A DNA stretch of 64,000 bases from Coleofasciculus sp. B1-GNL1-01 (GTDB lineage Bacteria; Cyanobacteriota; Cyanobacteriia; Cyanobacteriales; Coleofasciculaceae). The stretch is from assembly GCA_040220235.1 (NCBI GenBank), contig JAVJTO010000031.1; one strand, written 5' to 3'. The stretch's first letter is position 1. Each line of letters starts with the position of its first letter. Below are positions 18,585 to 28,701 of the stretch, one piece after another. The notes beneath the pieces are model-generated. The model did not search any database. It was given only the letters and a program-made list of their open reading frames with translations, and was not told the origin of the DNA. A program made the translations under genes and the position numbers.

Positions 18585-19694
18585 ATGAACCTAAATTTAA
18601 CCGAACATACCGAAGGCAATGCCACATTTAAAATTGGTAATGCGTTTTATCGCCCAGGGACGCAAGTGGTGCGAGATTTAGGCATTTTAGCCGCAGCAAT
18701 TTATAAGTTTCAAATCGGTCACTTACGAGTAATTGATGCGATGAGTGGCTGTGGAGTGCGTTCTCTACGCTATAGTTTGGAAAGTCAAGCCGATTGGATC
18801 TGGGTGAATGAGGGAAATCCTGAGCTTAACCCGATTCTACAGCAAAATTTAGCAGGCGCGATCGCCAGCCATAAAGCTACCCTTACCCATCTCGACGTTA
18901 ATCAGGTCTTTTTTGAGTGCTATAACCGTCGAGATTACTACGATTTCATCGATGTGGACTGTTTCGGTTCCCCTACTCCCTATCTGGATACCAGCCTCTG
19001 GGCGCTGAAACTAGGGGGACTTCTTTATCTCACCAGTACCGATGGGCGTAAACTAACAGGTCATGCTTCAGAAAGCAGTTTGGGGATTTATGGGGCGTAT
19101 CCCCGCAACCATCCCGCCGCCCAGGAACAAGGATTGCGAGTGGTGATTGGTAAACTTCAGCAGCAAGCCATCGCCAAGGGTTTGGGGATTGAGCCGATTT
19201 TCTCCCTGTTTACGGGTCAAACTTACCGCCTAATGGTACGTTTGGTCAAAACCCAGCCGTTGACGCTGCAAAATTACGGATTTTTGGGTTATTGTCATCA
19301 CTGTGGTAATTATCAAACTGTGTCTTGGCGTCAGTTAGGGCGTGTGGTTTGTGCTTATGACCAAAAATCCCTGACCCTGAGTGGTCCGTTGTGGCTGGGA
19401 TTGTTGCATAATCAATCTTGGTTAAGACAGATGCAGGGATTAGCTCAAAAGTGGCACTGGTCAAAACGGGTACAACTCCTCAGCCTCATGGAAGCAGAAG
19501 CCGATTTCCCGCCCTACTTTTATACCTTGGCGGAAATTGGACGCCGAGGGCGTTTGGATATCCCAAAACGAGAGTATCTGATTCAGGCGTTGCGCGATCG
19601 CGGATATTTCGCCTGTGCCACTCATATTACACCGGGAGCGATTAAAACCAACGCCGATATTCACACTTGTATCGCTGTTGCGATAGACCGATAA
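18585..19694 (+). CDS. Trm1-like tRNA (guanine-N2)-dimethyltransferase
   Basis: AFYRP...RDL, IDAMSGCGVRSLRY SAM motif, DFIDVDCFGSP, TSTDG, CHHC, GPLWLG, TH...AIKTNA. Confidence 0.88.
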   Translation: MNLNLTEHTEGNATFKIGNAFYRPGTQVVRDLGILAAAIYKFQIGHLRVIDAMSGCGVRSLRYSLESQADWIWVNEGNPELNPILQQNLAGAIASHKATLTHLDVNQVFFECYNRRDYYDFIDVDCFGSPTPYLDTSLWALKLGGLLYLTSTDGRKLTGHASESSLGIYGAYPRNHPAAQEQGLRVVIGKLQQQAIAKGLGIEPIFSLFTGQTYRLMVRLVKTQPLTLQNYGFLGYCHHCGNYQTVSWRQLGRVVCAYDQKSLTLSGPLWLGLLHNQSWLRQMQGLAQKWHWSKRVQLLSLMEAEADFPPYFYTLAEIGRRGRLDIPKREYLIQALRDRGYFACATHITPGAIKTNADIHTCIAVAIDR

Positions 19695-19932
19695 GACCGA
19701 TTCATCCACCCAAACAGCCTTGTACCCGGAAGAAACCTTCTGCCTTTGGCTATATTCCCGTTGAACAAAAAAATTAACAAAATCCTCGCCCCAAGGAAAA
19801 ATCTTAACTTTCATAAACTTTCAATTAATATTGGCGCTAGAGTATAACGCTGAGTTGAAGCAAGATGTTATCTTGGAAATCACCCAGTCTATAACCTATT
19901 GAAAACACTACCTTGAGAGGCTTCTCACCACG

Positions 19933-20670
19933 ATGACTGCCATTTTAAAGGTTGGCGACCAAACCATCACGGCTGAAGAAGTAATTCCCCTGTTAGCCAA
20001 ATATCAATTACTCCCTCAGTTATTGCGAGAAATCATTATTGATCAAGCCATTGCCACCATAGATTGTACCGACGATGAAAAAAATGCTGCCTGCGAACAG
20101 TTCTATGCTAAGAATCAACTCACGACTGAGGAAGAACGTCAAGCGTGGCGCGATCGCCAAGACTTAAGCTTAGAACAAGTTGAAGAGTTAGCGGTTCGGG
20201 GACTGAAGCTGGAAAAATTTAAACAGGCGACCTGGGGACATAAGATTGAATCCTATTTCCTCAAGCGCAAAGGGCGGTTAGATCGGGTCATTTATTCCCT
20301 GATTCGGACAAAGGAGGCGGCGATTGCCCAAGAACTCTATTTTCGTATCCAAGAAGGAGAACAGTCATTTAATGAACTTGCCAGGGACTATTCCCAAGGA
20401 CCAGAGGCGCAAACAGGCGGATTAGTCGGACCCGTGGAACTGAGTACACCCCACCCCACCTTGGCGCAAATGTTAACTGTCAGCCAACCCGGTCAACTTC
20501 TACCCCCTACCCGCTTGGGGGACTGGTTTATCGTCATTCGTTTAGAAAAGTTTTTACCCGTGCAACTTGATGATGCCATGCGTCAGCGACTCCTAGATGA
20601 AATGTTTACCACCTGGTTAAAAGAACAACTGCGACAGCAGATATCCTTAGGTACACCTGTTCAATCCTAA
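19933..20670 (+). CDS. PpiC-type peptidylprolyl isomerase associated with T1SS
   Basis: YSLIR, ELYFRI, FNELARDYSQGPEAQTGGLVGP. Confidence 0.9.
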   Translation: MTAILKVGDQTITAEEVIPLLAKYQLLPQLLREIIIDQAIATIDCTDDEKNAACEQFYAKNQLTTEEERQAWRDRQDLSLEQVEELAVRGLKLEKFKQATWGHKIESYFLKRKGRLDRVIYSLIRTKEAAIAQELYFRIQEGEQSFNELARDYSQGPEAQTGGLVGPVELSTPHPTLAQMLTVSQPGQLLPPTRLGDWFIVIRLEKFLPVQLDDAMRQRLLDEMFTTWLKEQLRQQISLGTPVQS

Positions 20671-20727
20671 ACCCTGTCAAGACGTGCCATGCTACGTCTC
20701 TACAATGCTATTCCCTGAGGCTGCCCC

Positions 20728-23700
20728 ATGACCTACACAAAGACAACAATTCAGGATTTTCTGGCAGATATCGTTCCCTTCAATCAACTTGACGCCTCGA
20801 CCCTAACCAAGTTGGCGGAAAAAAGTCAACTGCTGCGCTATCGTATGGGTCAACCGATCCTGATGCGAGAAAAAATGCCCTCTCAGATCTCGATTCTCTA
20901 TGAGGGAAAGGCGCGGCTTTTGAGTTACGAACAAACCACCCAAAAACCCGTCACCCTGGACTTGCTGAAACCGGGCTCAATTCTGGGTTGGGTGAGTCTG
21001 ATGCGGGGTATCCCTTGTGAAACAGCGATCGCATCGACGGAATCAGTCTGCTTAACCATCCCCACGGGTCAGTTTCTGGCGCTGATGGCACAGGAACCTA
21101 CCGCTACCGCCGCGTTCCAAAACCAGTGCAGTGTCATCGAAGCCTTTGAGTTAATTGGCGCGGAATTGGTACGCCAAGCCAGTGGGATTATGAATCTCAA
21201 AGAACTGGCGACAAACGCTTACCCAGATGCCGAGGTGCGTTACCTCTATCCCATGACTGACGCCACTGAACTCTTGACCCCTGATCGGGTGTGGTTCGTC
21301 AGTGGTGGGAGTGTCGTTAAAGATTTTCCCCTAGGAAGTCGGCTGACGCCAGAGGTGATTTCTCAAGGGTTAGACATCCAAGGATCTACCCCCGCCCGGA
21401 TTATCGGGTTTCGTGAATCGGATTTAGTCGGGGAAGCTGAAACCGAACTCCCGACTACTCCGGTGACGGTAGTTGGTGAACCAACCCCCCTAACCACCGA
21501 CGATGACCCCTGGCTGGATGATGGCGATGGCGACAATAGCATTCCCTATGCCTCCGATAAACTGCTAGAAGCCACAGAGGATGAAGATCAAACCGCTGAC
21601 TCCCAGCGCAAATATCCCCATGTCCGAGGGAAGGGACTCCTCGATGGTACCGTCGCCTGTTTCCAAATGCTGAGTAAGTATTTAGAAATGCCCTTCCGCC
21701 GCGATGTGATTCGTCGGGTACTCAATGAACAGATGCAGCGCACTGGAGGGTTGTCGTTACCCCTGTGTGGGGCGGTAGCTGATTTAATCGGCTTACACGC
21801 CCAATTGGTAAATGTACCGCCCCAATCAATCAACCGCCTGCAAACCCCCGCCCTGGTTCCTTGGCATGAAGGTTTTGCCGTTCTCTATGAAGCCAAGCCA
21901 CGAGAATTAGTACTGGGTGTGCCAGAACTGGGGATTGTCCGCCGTAAACCTGCTGATTTACTGGATAGTTTACCGAGAAGCGAAGACGGGCAGTCACCGG
22001 AAGCGATCCCGGTGTTGTTGGTACAACGGACGAAACACACACCGAAGCAGCGGTTTGGCTTGCAATGGTTTCTCCCCTCGCTGGTGCGCTACCGTCGCGT
22101 TTTAATCTTGGTGTTTATCGCCTCGTTTTTTGTGCAGCTATTCGGACTGGCGAATCCGTTGATGATCCAGGTGATTATCGATAAGGTGATTGTACAGAAC
22201 AGTATTGATACGCTGCATGTGCTGGGCTTGTTCCTGGTGATCATTGCCGTTTTTGAGGCATTATTAACCAGTTTCCGGACGTATCTATTTGTGGATACGA
22301 CGAACCGGATTGACATGCATCTGGGGTCGGAGATTATTGACCACTTAGTCCGCTTACCGTTGCGGTATTTTGAACGGCGTCCAGTAGGGGAACTGGCAAG
22401 TCGAATTAATGAGTTGGAAAATATTCGTCAGTTTCTCACGGGAACGGCGTTGACGGTGGTGTTAGATGCGGTGTTTTCCGTGTTGTACATCGTGGTCATG
22501 TTTATTTATAGCTGGGTGCTAACAATTGTCTCGTTGGGGATTATTCCCCTGTTTGTGTTGTTAACCGTAATTGTTTCACCGATTGTCCGTCGCCAACTGC
22601 GAACCAAAGCAGAACGGAACGCCCAGACTCAATCCTATTTAGTGGAAGTCATGTCCGGGATTCAAACCGTCAAAGCGCAAAACATCGAATTGCGATCGCG
22701 CTGGCAATGGCAGGAACGCTATGCCCGGTATGTATCGGCAGGGTTTAAGACGGTGCTAACGTCTACAACGGCGGGTTCAATGAGTAATTTCTTGAATAAA
22801 CTCTCCGCTTTGTTAGTGCTATGGGTGGGTGCTTATCTGGTTTTAGATGGGCAGTTAACCTTGGGGCAATTAATCGCCTTCCGAATTATTTCCGGCTATG
22901 TTACCAGTCCCCTACTCCGATTAGCCCAACTGTGGCAGAATTTCCAAGAAACGGCGCTATCCTTAGAACGGTTAAGTGATATCGTGGATAGCCCCCAAGA
23001 AGCGGATGAGGCAGATCGCTTAAATATTCCCATGCCTGCGATTAAAGGGGAAGTGGAGTATGAAAATCTCTCCTTCCGCTTTGGCACCAGTGGTCCTTGG
23101 CAATTAACCAATATTAACCTGCATTTTCCGGCTGGCGTATTTGTCGGGATTGTCGGTCAAAGTGGTTCCGGTAAGAGTACATTAATGAAACTGTTACCCC
23201 GCCTCTATGATGTCGATTCAGGCAGAATTTTAATCGACAACTACGATATCTCCAAAGTTGAACTCTATTCCCTGCGTCGTCAGGTAGGGATTGTACCCCA
23301 AGATAGTCTGCTGTTTGATGGTACGGTACAAGATAATATTGCTCTGACCAATCCCGATGCTAGCGCCGAGGAAATCATTGAAGCCGCTAAAGTCGCCGCC
23401 GCTCATGAGTTTATCATGGGGTTGTCCAGTGGTTACAATACAAGAGTCGGGGAGCGAGGATCATCCCTATCCGGGGGACAACGCCAGCGGATTGCCATTG
23501 CCCGCACGGTACTACAAAATCCGCGACTCTTAATCTTGGATGAAGCCACCAGCGCCCTTGACTATGACACCGAACGGCAAGTTTGTTTAAATCTAATTGA
23601 AGCCTTCAAAGGACGCACTGTCTTTTTCATTACCCACCGTTTAAGTACCATTCGTAACAGCGACGTCATTTTAATGATGGATAAAGGATCAGTCGTTGAA

Positions 23701-23778
23701 CAAGGAACCCATGACGAACTGATGGCACTGCAAGGGCGCTACTACTGCCTCTATCAACAGCAAGACGCTCAACTTTAA
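20728..23778 (+). CDS. Type I secretion ABC transporter (HlyB-like) with cNMP-binding and C39-like domains
   Basis: N-terminal cNMP-binding fold, C39-like region, ABC membrane domain, GQSGSGKS, LSGGQRQR, ILDEATSALD. Confidence 0.95.
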   Translation: MTYTKTTIQDFLADIVPFNQLDASTLTKLAEKSQLLRYRMGQPILMREKMPSQISILYEGKARLLSYEQTTQKPVTLDLLKPGSILGWVSLMRGIPCETAIASTESVCLTIPTGQFLALMAQEPTATAAFQNQCSVIEAFELIGAELVRQASGIMNLKELATNAYPDAEVRYLYPMTDATELLTPDRVWFVSGGSVVKDFPLGSRLTPEVISQGLDIQGSTPARIIGFRESDLVGEAETELPTTPVTVVGEPTPLTTDDDPWLDDGDGDNSIPYASDKLLEATEDEDQTADSQRKYPHVRGKGLLDGTVACFQMLSKYLEMPFRRDVIRRVLNEQMQRTGGLSLPLCGAVADLIGLHAQLVNVPPQSINRLQTPALVPWHEGFAVLYEAKPRELVLGVPELGIVRRKPADLLDSLPRSEDGQSPEAIPVLLVQRTKHTPKQRFGLQWFLPSLVRYRRVLILVFIASFFVQLFGLANPLMIQVIIDKVIVQNSIDTLHVLGLFLVIIAVFEALLTSFRTYLFVDTTNRIDMHLGSEIIDHLVRLPLRYFERRPVGELASRINELENIRQFLTGTALTVVLDAVFSVLYIVVMFIYSWVLTIVSLGIIPLFVLLTVIVSPIVRRQLRTKAERNAQTQSYLVEVMSGIQTVKAQNIELRSRWQWQERYARYVSAGFKTVLTSTTAGSMSNFLNKLSALLVLWVGAYLVLDGQLTLGQLIAFRIISGYVTSPLLRLAQLWQNFQETALSLERLSDIVDSPQEADEADRLNIPMPAIKGEVEYENLSFRFGTSGPWQLTNINLHFPAGVFVGIVGQSGSGKSTLMKLLPRLYDVDSGRILIDNYDISKVELYSLRRQVGIVPQDSLLFDGTVQDNIALTNPDASAEEIIEAAKVAAAHEFIMGLSSGYNTRVGERGSSLSGGQRQRIAIARTVLQNPRLLILDEATSALDYDTERQVCLNLIEAFKGRTVFFITHRLSTIRNSDVILMMDKGSVVEQGTHDELMALQGRYYCLYQQQDAQL

Positions 23779-23897
23779 GGTATTTGTCTTATGTCCTTTG
23801 TTTCTTTTCAAGACCTCAATATGACGAAATTGGTTTGAGAGGAAACAGGGACGAATGACCAATGACGAATGACCAATGACGAAGGACTAATACTACC

Positions 23898-25439
23898 ATG
23901 AATCAACGCAACGGATCATCCAGCCAACCCCTTGCCACGCGATCGCCCGCCCAGTCAGTGAAAACTGCAACCAAAGCCGGAGCTACTCGGCGGACAACGC
24001 ACCCTCCGGAATTTGATCAACCCGTTATCCTGCAACAATCTCCCCTGTGGCCCCGCATGATTGTTGTGGCGTTGATTGGGGTGACAACCCTCAGCGTCGG
24101 GTGGGCGTGTTTGGCGAAAATTGAAGAAGCCATTCCCGCCCAAGGCAAACTCGAACCCAAAGCCGCCGTCAAAGAAGTCCAAGCCCCTCAAGGGGGGGTG
24201 GTTAAATCAGTGGAGATTGAAGAAGGCGATCGGGTTGAAAAAGGGGATACCCTGCTCACCTTTGACCAAACAGCGGCTCAAGCTCAATTTAAATCCCTCC
24301 AGCAAATTCGCGCCGCTTTAATCCAAGAAAATCAATTTTATCAGGCTCAGATGACGGGCAAAGCTGTTTCCATTGACCCCGAAAATCTACCGGAGAAACT
24401 CCCCCCTCAAATTGCCTCACTCACCAAAAATCGGGCGGCTTTAGTGGCAGAAAAGAACTTCTATCAAGCTCAACTCACCGGAGATCCCACGGGTCTAACC
24501 TTGGCACAACGGCAACGCTTACAGGCAAGCCAAAACGAGTATAACTCTCGCGTTGCTGCTGCCGAGTTAGAAGTCGAACAACTCAATCGCCAACTGACTC
24601 AAACCCAAATCCAACTTGCCGATGCTGAACAAGTATTGCAGTTTAACCGACAAATTACTGAGCGCCTAGAGAAGCTGTGGCGAGAGGGCGCATTTGGCGA
24701 ACTCCAATATCTACGTCAGAAACAAGACACCGACAGTAGCGCCGCCGAGGTAGCCCGTCTCCAGAAAGAACAGGAACGGTTAGAGAAAGCGATTCAGCAA
24801 GCCCAGGAACGCAAACAAAACACCATGGCGCTCTCAGAAGAAGAACTGCGAACCCAAATTGCCCAAAACGAACAACGGATCGCCGAAATTGACAGCCAAC
24901 TCACCAAAATTATTGTTGAAAACCAAAAACGTCTCCAAGAAATCGAGAGCCAACTCAGCCAAATCCAGGTAACGCTAACCAATCAGGAATTACAGGCACC
25001 TGAAGGCGGCATCGTGTTTGACCTGCAAGCCAGTCCTGAATTTGTGGCAAACACCAGTGAGCCTGTTGTGAAAATTGTCCCGAATGACACACTGATTGCC
25101 AAAGTTTATATCACCAACCAGGACATTGGTTTTGTCAACGAAGGAATGCCCGTAGATGTTCGAGTTGATTCCTTCCCCTACAGCGAATTTGGCGATGTCA
25201 AAGGCGAGTTAGTCCAAATTGGGTCGGATGCTTTACCGCCTAATGAGGTTTACCCGTTCTATCGTTTCCCCGCCGAAATTCGCATGAATCGACAAACCAT
25301 ATCGGTCAACGGCAAAGAAGTTCCCTTACAATCGGGGATGTCGATCAGCGCCAATATTAAAGTCCGCAAGCGTCCGGTCATTAGTATTTTCAGTGACCTA
25401 TTTATGCGGAAAATTGACAGTCTCAAAACGGTACGGTAG
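23898..25439 (+). CDS. HlyD-family membrane fusion protein
   Basis: Single TM, VQAPQGGVV..V.EGDRV.KG, long coiled coil, DSFPYSEFG, LQSGM. Confidence 0.95.
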   Translation: MNQRNGSSSQPLATRSPAQSVKTATKAGATRRTTHPPEFDQPVILQQSPLWPRMIVVALIGVTTLSVGWACLAKIEEAIPAQGKLEPKAAVKEVQAPQGGVVKSVEIEEGDRVEKGDTLLTFDQTAAQAQFKSLQQIRAALIQENQFYQAQMTGKAVSIDPENLPEKLPPQIASLTKNRAALVAEKNFYQAQLTGDPTGLTLAQRQRLQASQNEYNSRVAAAELEVEQLNRQLTQTQIQLADAEQVLQFNRQITERLEKLWREGAFGELQYLRQKQDTDSSAAEVARLQKEQERLEKAIQQAQERKQNTMALSEEELRTQIAQNEQRIAEIDSQLTKIIVENQKRLQEIESQLSQIQVTLTNQELQAPEGGIVFDLQASPEFVANTSEPVVKIVPNDTLIAKVYITNQDIGFVNEGMPVDVRVDSFPYSEFGDVKGELVQIGSDALPPNEVYPFYRFPAEIRMNRQTISVNGKEVPLQSGMSISANIKVRKRPVISIFSDLFMRKIDSLKTVR

Positions 25440-25470
25440 TCGTTTGTCGGGGTGAGTCAAAACCAAACCC

Positions 25471-25500
25471 TGTAGAGACGTTGCATGCAACGTCTCTACA
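25471..25500. repeat. REP-like palindrome TGTAGAGACGT-N8-ACGTCTCTACA
   Basis: Perfect 30-bp palindrome; variants at ~403-427, 1017-1041, 20680-20704, 54724-54751, 54954-54983. Confidence 0.9.
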
Positions 25501-25538
25501 ATCTGTACATAACAGGGTTATGGATACAAAATTTGGTA

Positions 25539-25940
25539 TCATGGGTTTTGTTGATGTATTATTTTTTCAACTTCCTTAAGCACCTCCGCTAAAAGTGGAG
25601 CATCTGATGTAATAACATTATCCTCGCTGCCATCATGTTTATGATGAGGAAAAGTAGAAAGATTTAATTTTCGGTGGTGTTCTGTATTGTCATAACGAAA
25701 AATTAAATTATTTTCTGAATCCATATATTGATAACTATACATTTTTCTATTCAGATAAATTTCTACATAGACAAATTCTCGAAAATGCAGTGATAAATTA
25801 TCGTTGAAGTCAATTTTTCCTCTAATAAAACCTTCATACATTCCTCTTTTGTCTCGTTCAAGATTAAATAATTGTACGATTGAAGAGGATTCAATTAAAA
25901 GCTGAATTTGCTGAAAATACTCTTCAATCAACAAAATCAA
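25539..25940 (-). CDS. DUF6516/TumE-like putative toxin
   Basis: YSYQY...IFRYDNTEHH...TFPHHKH motif. Confidence 0.8.
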   Translation of the reverse strand: MILLIEEYFQQIQLLIESSSIVQLFNLERDKRGMYEGFIRGKIDFNDNLSLHFREFVYVEIYLNRKMYSYQYMDSENNLIFRYDNTEHHRKLNLSTFPHHKHDGSEDNVITSDAPLLAEVLKEVEKIIHQQNP

Positions 25941-26214
25941 TTTCCTCTATAGACTCTTTGGTTTTTTGTAGGTGGGTCAACATTCGAGATTCTCCAATCC
26001 ATTCATCAAAGTCAAAATCATGGGCGAATTCATCATTATTAAATCGGGTGAGAAATTCCTCTGTCGATAATTGATACTTGGTTTCAAATGCTTGAAGACG
26101 TTCTTGTGTTTTTTTTATGCCTGCGTTAATGCTATGTAATCTTTCCGACAAAGCACTTTGAATAATTTGTCTGAGAGAATCTGGATCGTTTGACCTAAGT
26201 TTGAGTTCAGCCAT
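25924..26214 (-). CDS. Putative antitoxin (TumA-like) overlapping the toxin gene
   Basis: L..FE.KY.LST.EF..RF...DFDEW pattern; 17-bp overlap with the downstream gene. Confidence 0.75.
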   Translation of the reverse strand: MAELKLRSNDPDSLRQIIQSALSERLHSINAGIKKTQERLQAFETKYQLSTEEFLTRFNNDEFAHDFDFDEWIGESRMLTHLQKTKESIEEIDFVD

Positions 26215-26558
26215 CCTTTTTTGTTTAGATTTTGAAGGAGTTGTTTAATTGTATCGTAGTGCGATCGCGGATTTTGTCGCGGACTTTCCTTGATAAAGCT
26301 TTAACCTGAAGTTCTCCCAGCAAAAAGAACGAAACAGCCTCACGGTGAGGCTTTCCGCGATTTTTGAGCCACCCTGCTTATGTACAATCGATGAAACTTA
26401 TCTCATTGATGTGGCTCAACCCGCCCCGACTCAATTCAATCGGTTATCCCTAGCGCTAGTATGAAAGGCAGAGCCTCCCTAAAAGCATTCCCTTCTCAAG
26501 CCTGGAAACGAGGCGACGAGGCTACGGAGAGCTTCCCTGTTCCCTGTTCCCTTGACGC

Positions 26559-28415
26559 ATGAGTTACTGTATCAACCTCACCTGTCAATCTCCCCAAAAC
26601 CAGAATGGGAGTAGGGTTTGTCAAAGCTGTGGGGCAAAATTACGACTAGGCGATCGATATACACCCATTCGCCCAATTGGTCAAGGGGGGTTTGGGAGAA
26701 CCTTCTTGGCGGTGGATGAATATAAACCCTCAAAACCCCATTGTGTGATTAAACAGGTTTTTCCTCATATTCACGGACATCAAAACCGACAAAAAGTCGC
26801 CGAACTCTTTGAACAAGAAGCGGTGCGCCTAGATGAATTAGGTAAACATCCCCAAATTCCGGAACTCTTGGCGCATTTTGAAGCAGAGGGTTGTCAATAT
26901 TTGGTGCAAGAGTTTATTCAGGGACAGACTTTAGCTGAAAAACTGGCTCAAGAGGGGAGTTTTAATGAAACTCAAATTATTAACCTGTTGCAGGATTTAT
27001 TACCCGTCTTACAATTTATCCACAACCAACAGGTGATTCATCGAGATATTAAACCCGAAAATATTATTCAACGTATTCCATCTTCTTCGTCTCAACTGAC
27101 TCAAATTTCAGCAACCTCTCAGACAGAATCTGTCACCTCTTTCCAGACGTCTGCCCCCAAACTGGTACTGGTAGATTTTGGTGCCTCTAAGTTTTCCCCT
27201 AGAACCGCCCTATCGGTTACCGGAACCGTGATTGGCAGTGCTGGCTATACCGCCCCGGAACAAGCCGCCGGGAAAGCCGTATTTGCTAGCGATATCTATA
27301 GTTTAGGTGTAACTTGTATTCATCTTTTAACCCAAACTGATCCCTTTGATCTGTATTCATTCGATGACGGGGTTTGGGTATGGCGAGACATTCTTAACCA
27401 TCCAATCAGCGAACGGTTAGGTTGTATTCTGGATAAAATGTTGCAAGGTGCGACAAAGCAACGTTATCAGTCAGCCACAGAAGTCCTCCATGACTTAGAG
27501 GCGGTGACAAATCCGCCTTCATTATCCCTGTCTAAAACCCCTTCCTTACTTCCGATAAAAAAAGAACTGATTGTCGCTAAACTGGGTGAGGCGAATTATC
27601 GACGTATCCGGGATGCGATTAAACAGGCGGAACCTCAGACGCGGATTGTCGTGCGTCCCGGTTTCTATCAGGAAAGTTTAGTGATTGATAAGGACGTGGA
27701 AATTGTTGGACAGGGACAACCCGAGGATATTATCATCGAAAGTCGATACCAACCTTGTCTGCAAATTCAGACCGAACAAGCCGTTGTTCGCGGGTTAACC
27801 CTGCGTCATCAAGATTGGTTTAATGTACAACAGGCAAATGGGATTGGGCGTCTGGTGAGTGAACCCCTACTGAAGCCTTATGCCATTGATATTCCGCAAG
27901 GACAATGTATTCTAGAGAACTGTACGATTATATCCAATGGTATTGCCTGTATCTATATACATGGCGCGATCGCGAATCCCAAAATCCGCTATTGTCAGAT
28001 TCAGGGAGGGGCAATGTATGGGATTTTGGTTAGTCAGAATGGTCTGGGATTAGTAGAATACTGTACCTTATCAGACCATAATACGGGCGTGTATATTCTC
28101 AAAGGCAGTTATCCCACGCTAAAGAACTGCAAAATTTATAGAATGCAGCAGGATGGCGTATTTATTGGTTCGGATTGTAAAGTGACGTTAACCGCCTGCG
28201 ATATTGGCGCAAATGGGGGAGTTGGTGTCACCATTAAAAAAGAGGGTAATGCTAAAATTTGGCAATGTCAGATTAATCGGAATCAGGCACAAGGAATTTA
28301 TGTCGAATCCAATGGTGCCGGTCCAATTGAAGCCTGTGATTTGAGTGGGAATCGAGGTGGTGCTTGGTATATTGCCCCCCAATGTTCCGTCAATCGGCAT
28401 GGGAATCGAGAATAG
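26559..28415 (+). CDS. Ser/Thr protein kinase with C-terminal right-handed beta-helix domain
   Basis: N-terminal YC.N..C/C..CG; IGQGGFGRT, HRDIKPEN, DFG, GYTAPEQ; parallel beta-helix repeats. Confidence 0.95.
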   Translation: MSYCINLTCQSPQNQNGSRVCQSCGAKLRLGDRYTPIRPIGQGGFGRTFLAVDEYKPSKPHCVIKQVFPHIHGHQNRQKVAELFEQEAVRLDELGKHPQIPELLAHFEAEGCQYLVQEFIQGQTLAEKLAQEGSFNETQIINLLQDLLPVLQFIHNQQVIHRDIKPENIIQRIPSSSSQLTQISATSQTESVTSFQTSAPKLVLVDFGASKFSPRTALSVTGTVIGSAGYTAPEQAAGKAVFASDIYSLGVTCIHLLTQTDPFDLYSFDDGVWVWRDILNHPISERLGCILDKMLQGATKQRYQSATEVLHDLEAVTNPPSLSLSKTPSLLPIKKELIVAKLGEANYRRIRDAIKQAEPQTRIVVRPGFYQESLVIDKDVEIVGQGQPEDIIIESRYQPCLQIQTEQAVVRGLTLRHQDWFNVQQANGIGRLVSEPLLKPYAIDIPQGQCILENCTIISNGIACIYIHGAIANPKIRYCQIQGGAMYGILVSQNGLGLVEYCTLSDHNTGVYILKGSYPTLKNCKIYRMQQDGVFIGSDCKVTLTACDIGANGGVGVTIKKEGNAKIWQCQINRNQAQGIYVESNGAGPIEACDLSGNRGGAWYIAPQCSVNRHGNRE

Positions 28416-28505
28416 CTTTATCACCCATAATAAAAATGTACGGACTTGGTAACCAAGCCCCTACTCAACCTTGCCGTAATTATGGGTATTCAACCGAACA
28501 TGATA

Positions 28506-28629
28506 AGCTGTTCGGCATTTAAACCTTAATATCAATAATGGCGCAATCCTTGTAGTGCGTTTAGCGAAGCCATGCCGCAGGCTTTGCATCTTGCTCGCTA
28601 CTAATACCCAATTTAAATGCATGACAGCT
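28506..28629 (+). mobile_element. 124-bp MITE-like element, AGCTGT...ACAGCT ends flanked by TA
   Basis: Imperfect TIR AGCTGTnnnGCATTTAAA; TA on both sides; inverted full copy at 63150-63273. Confidence 0.8.
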
Positions 28630-28701
28630 TATGACTCACTGAATGTTGAGGTTTTCCACTATAATCGCATCAGCTTTTTTGACCAGTTTGTTGGCAACTT
28701 G

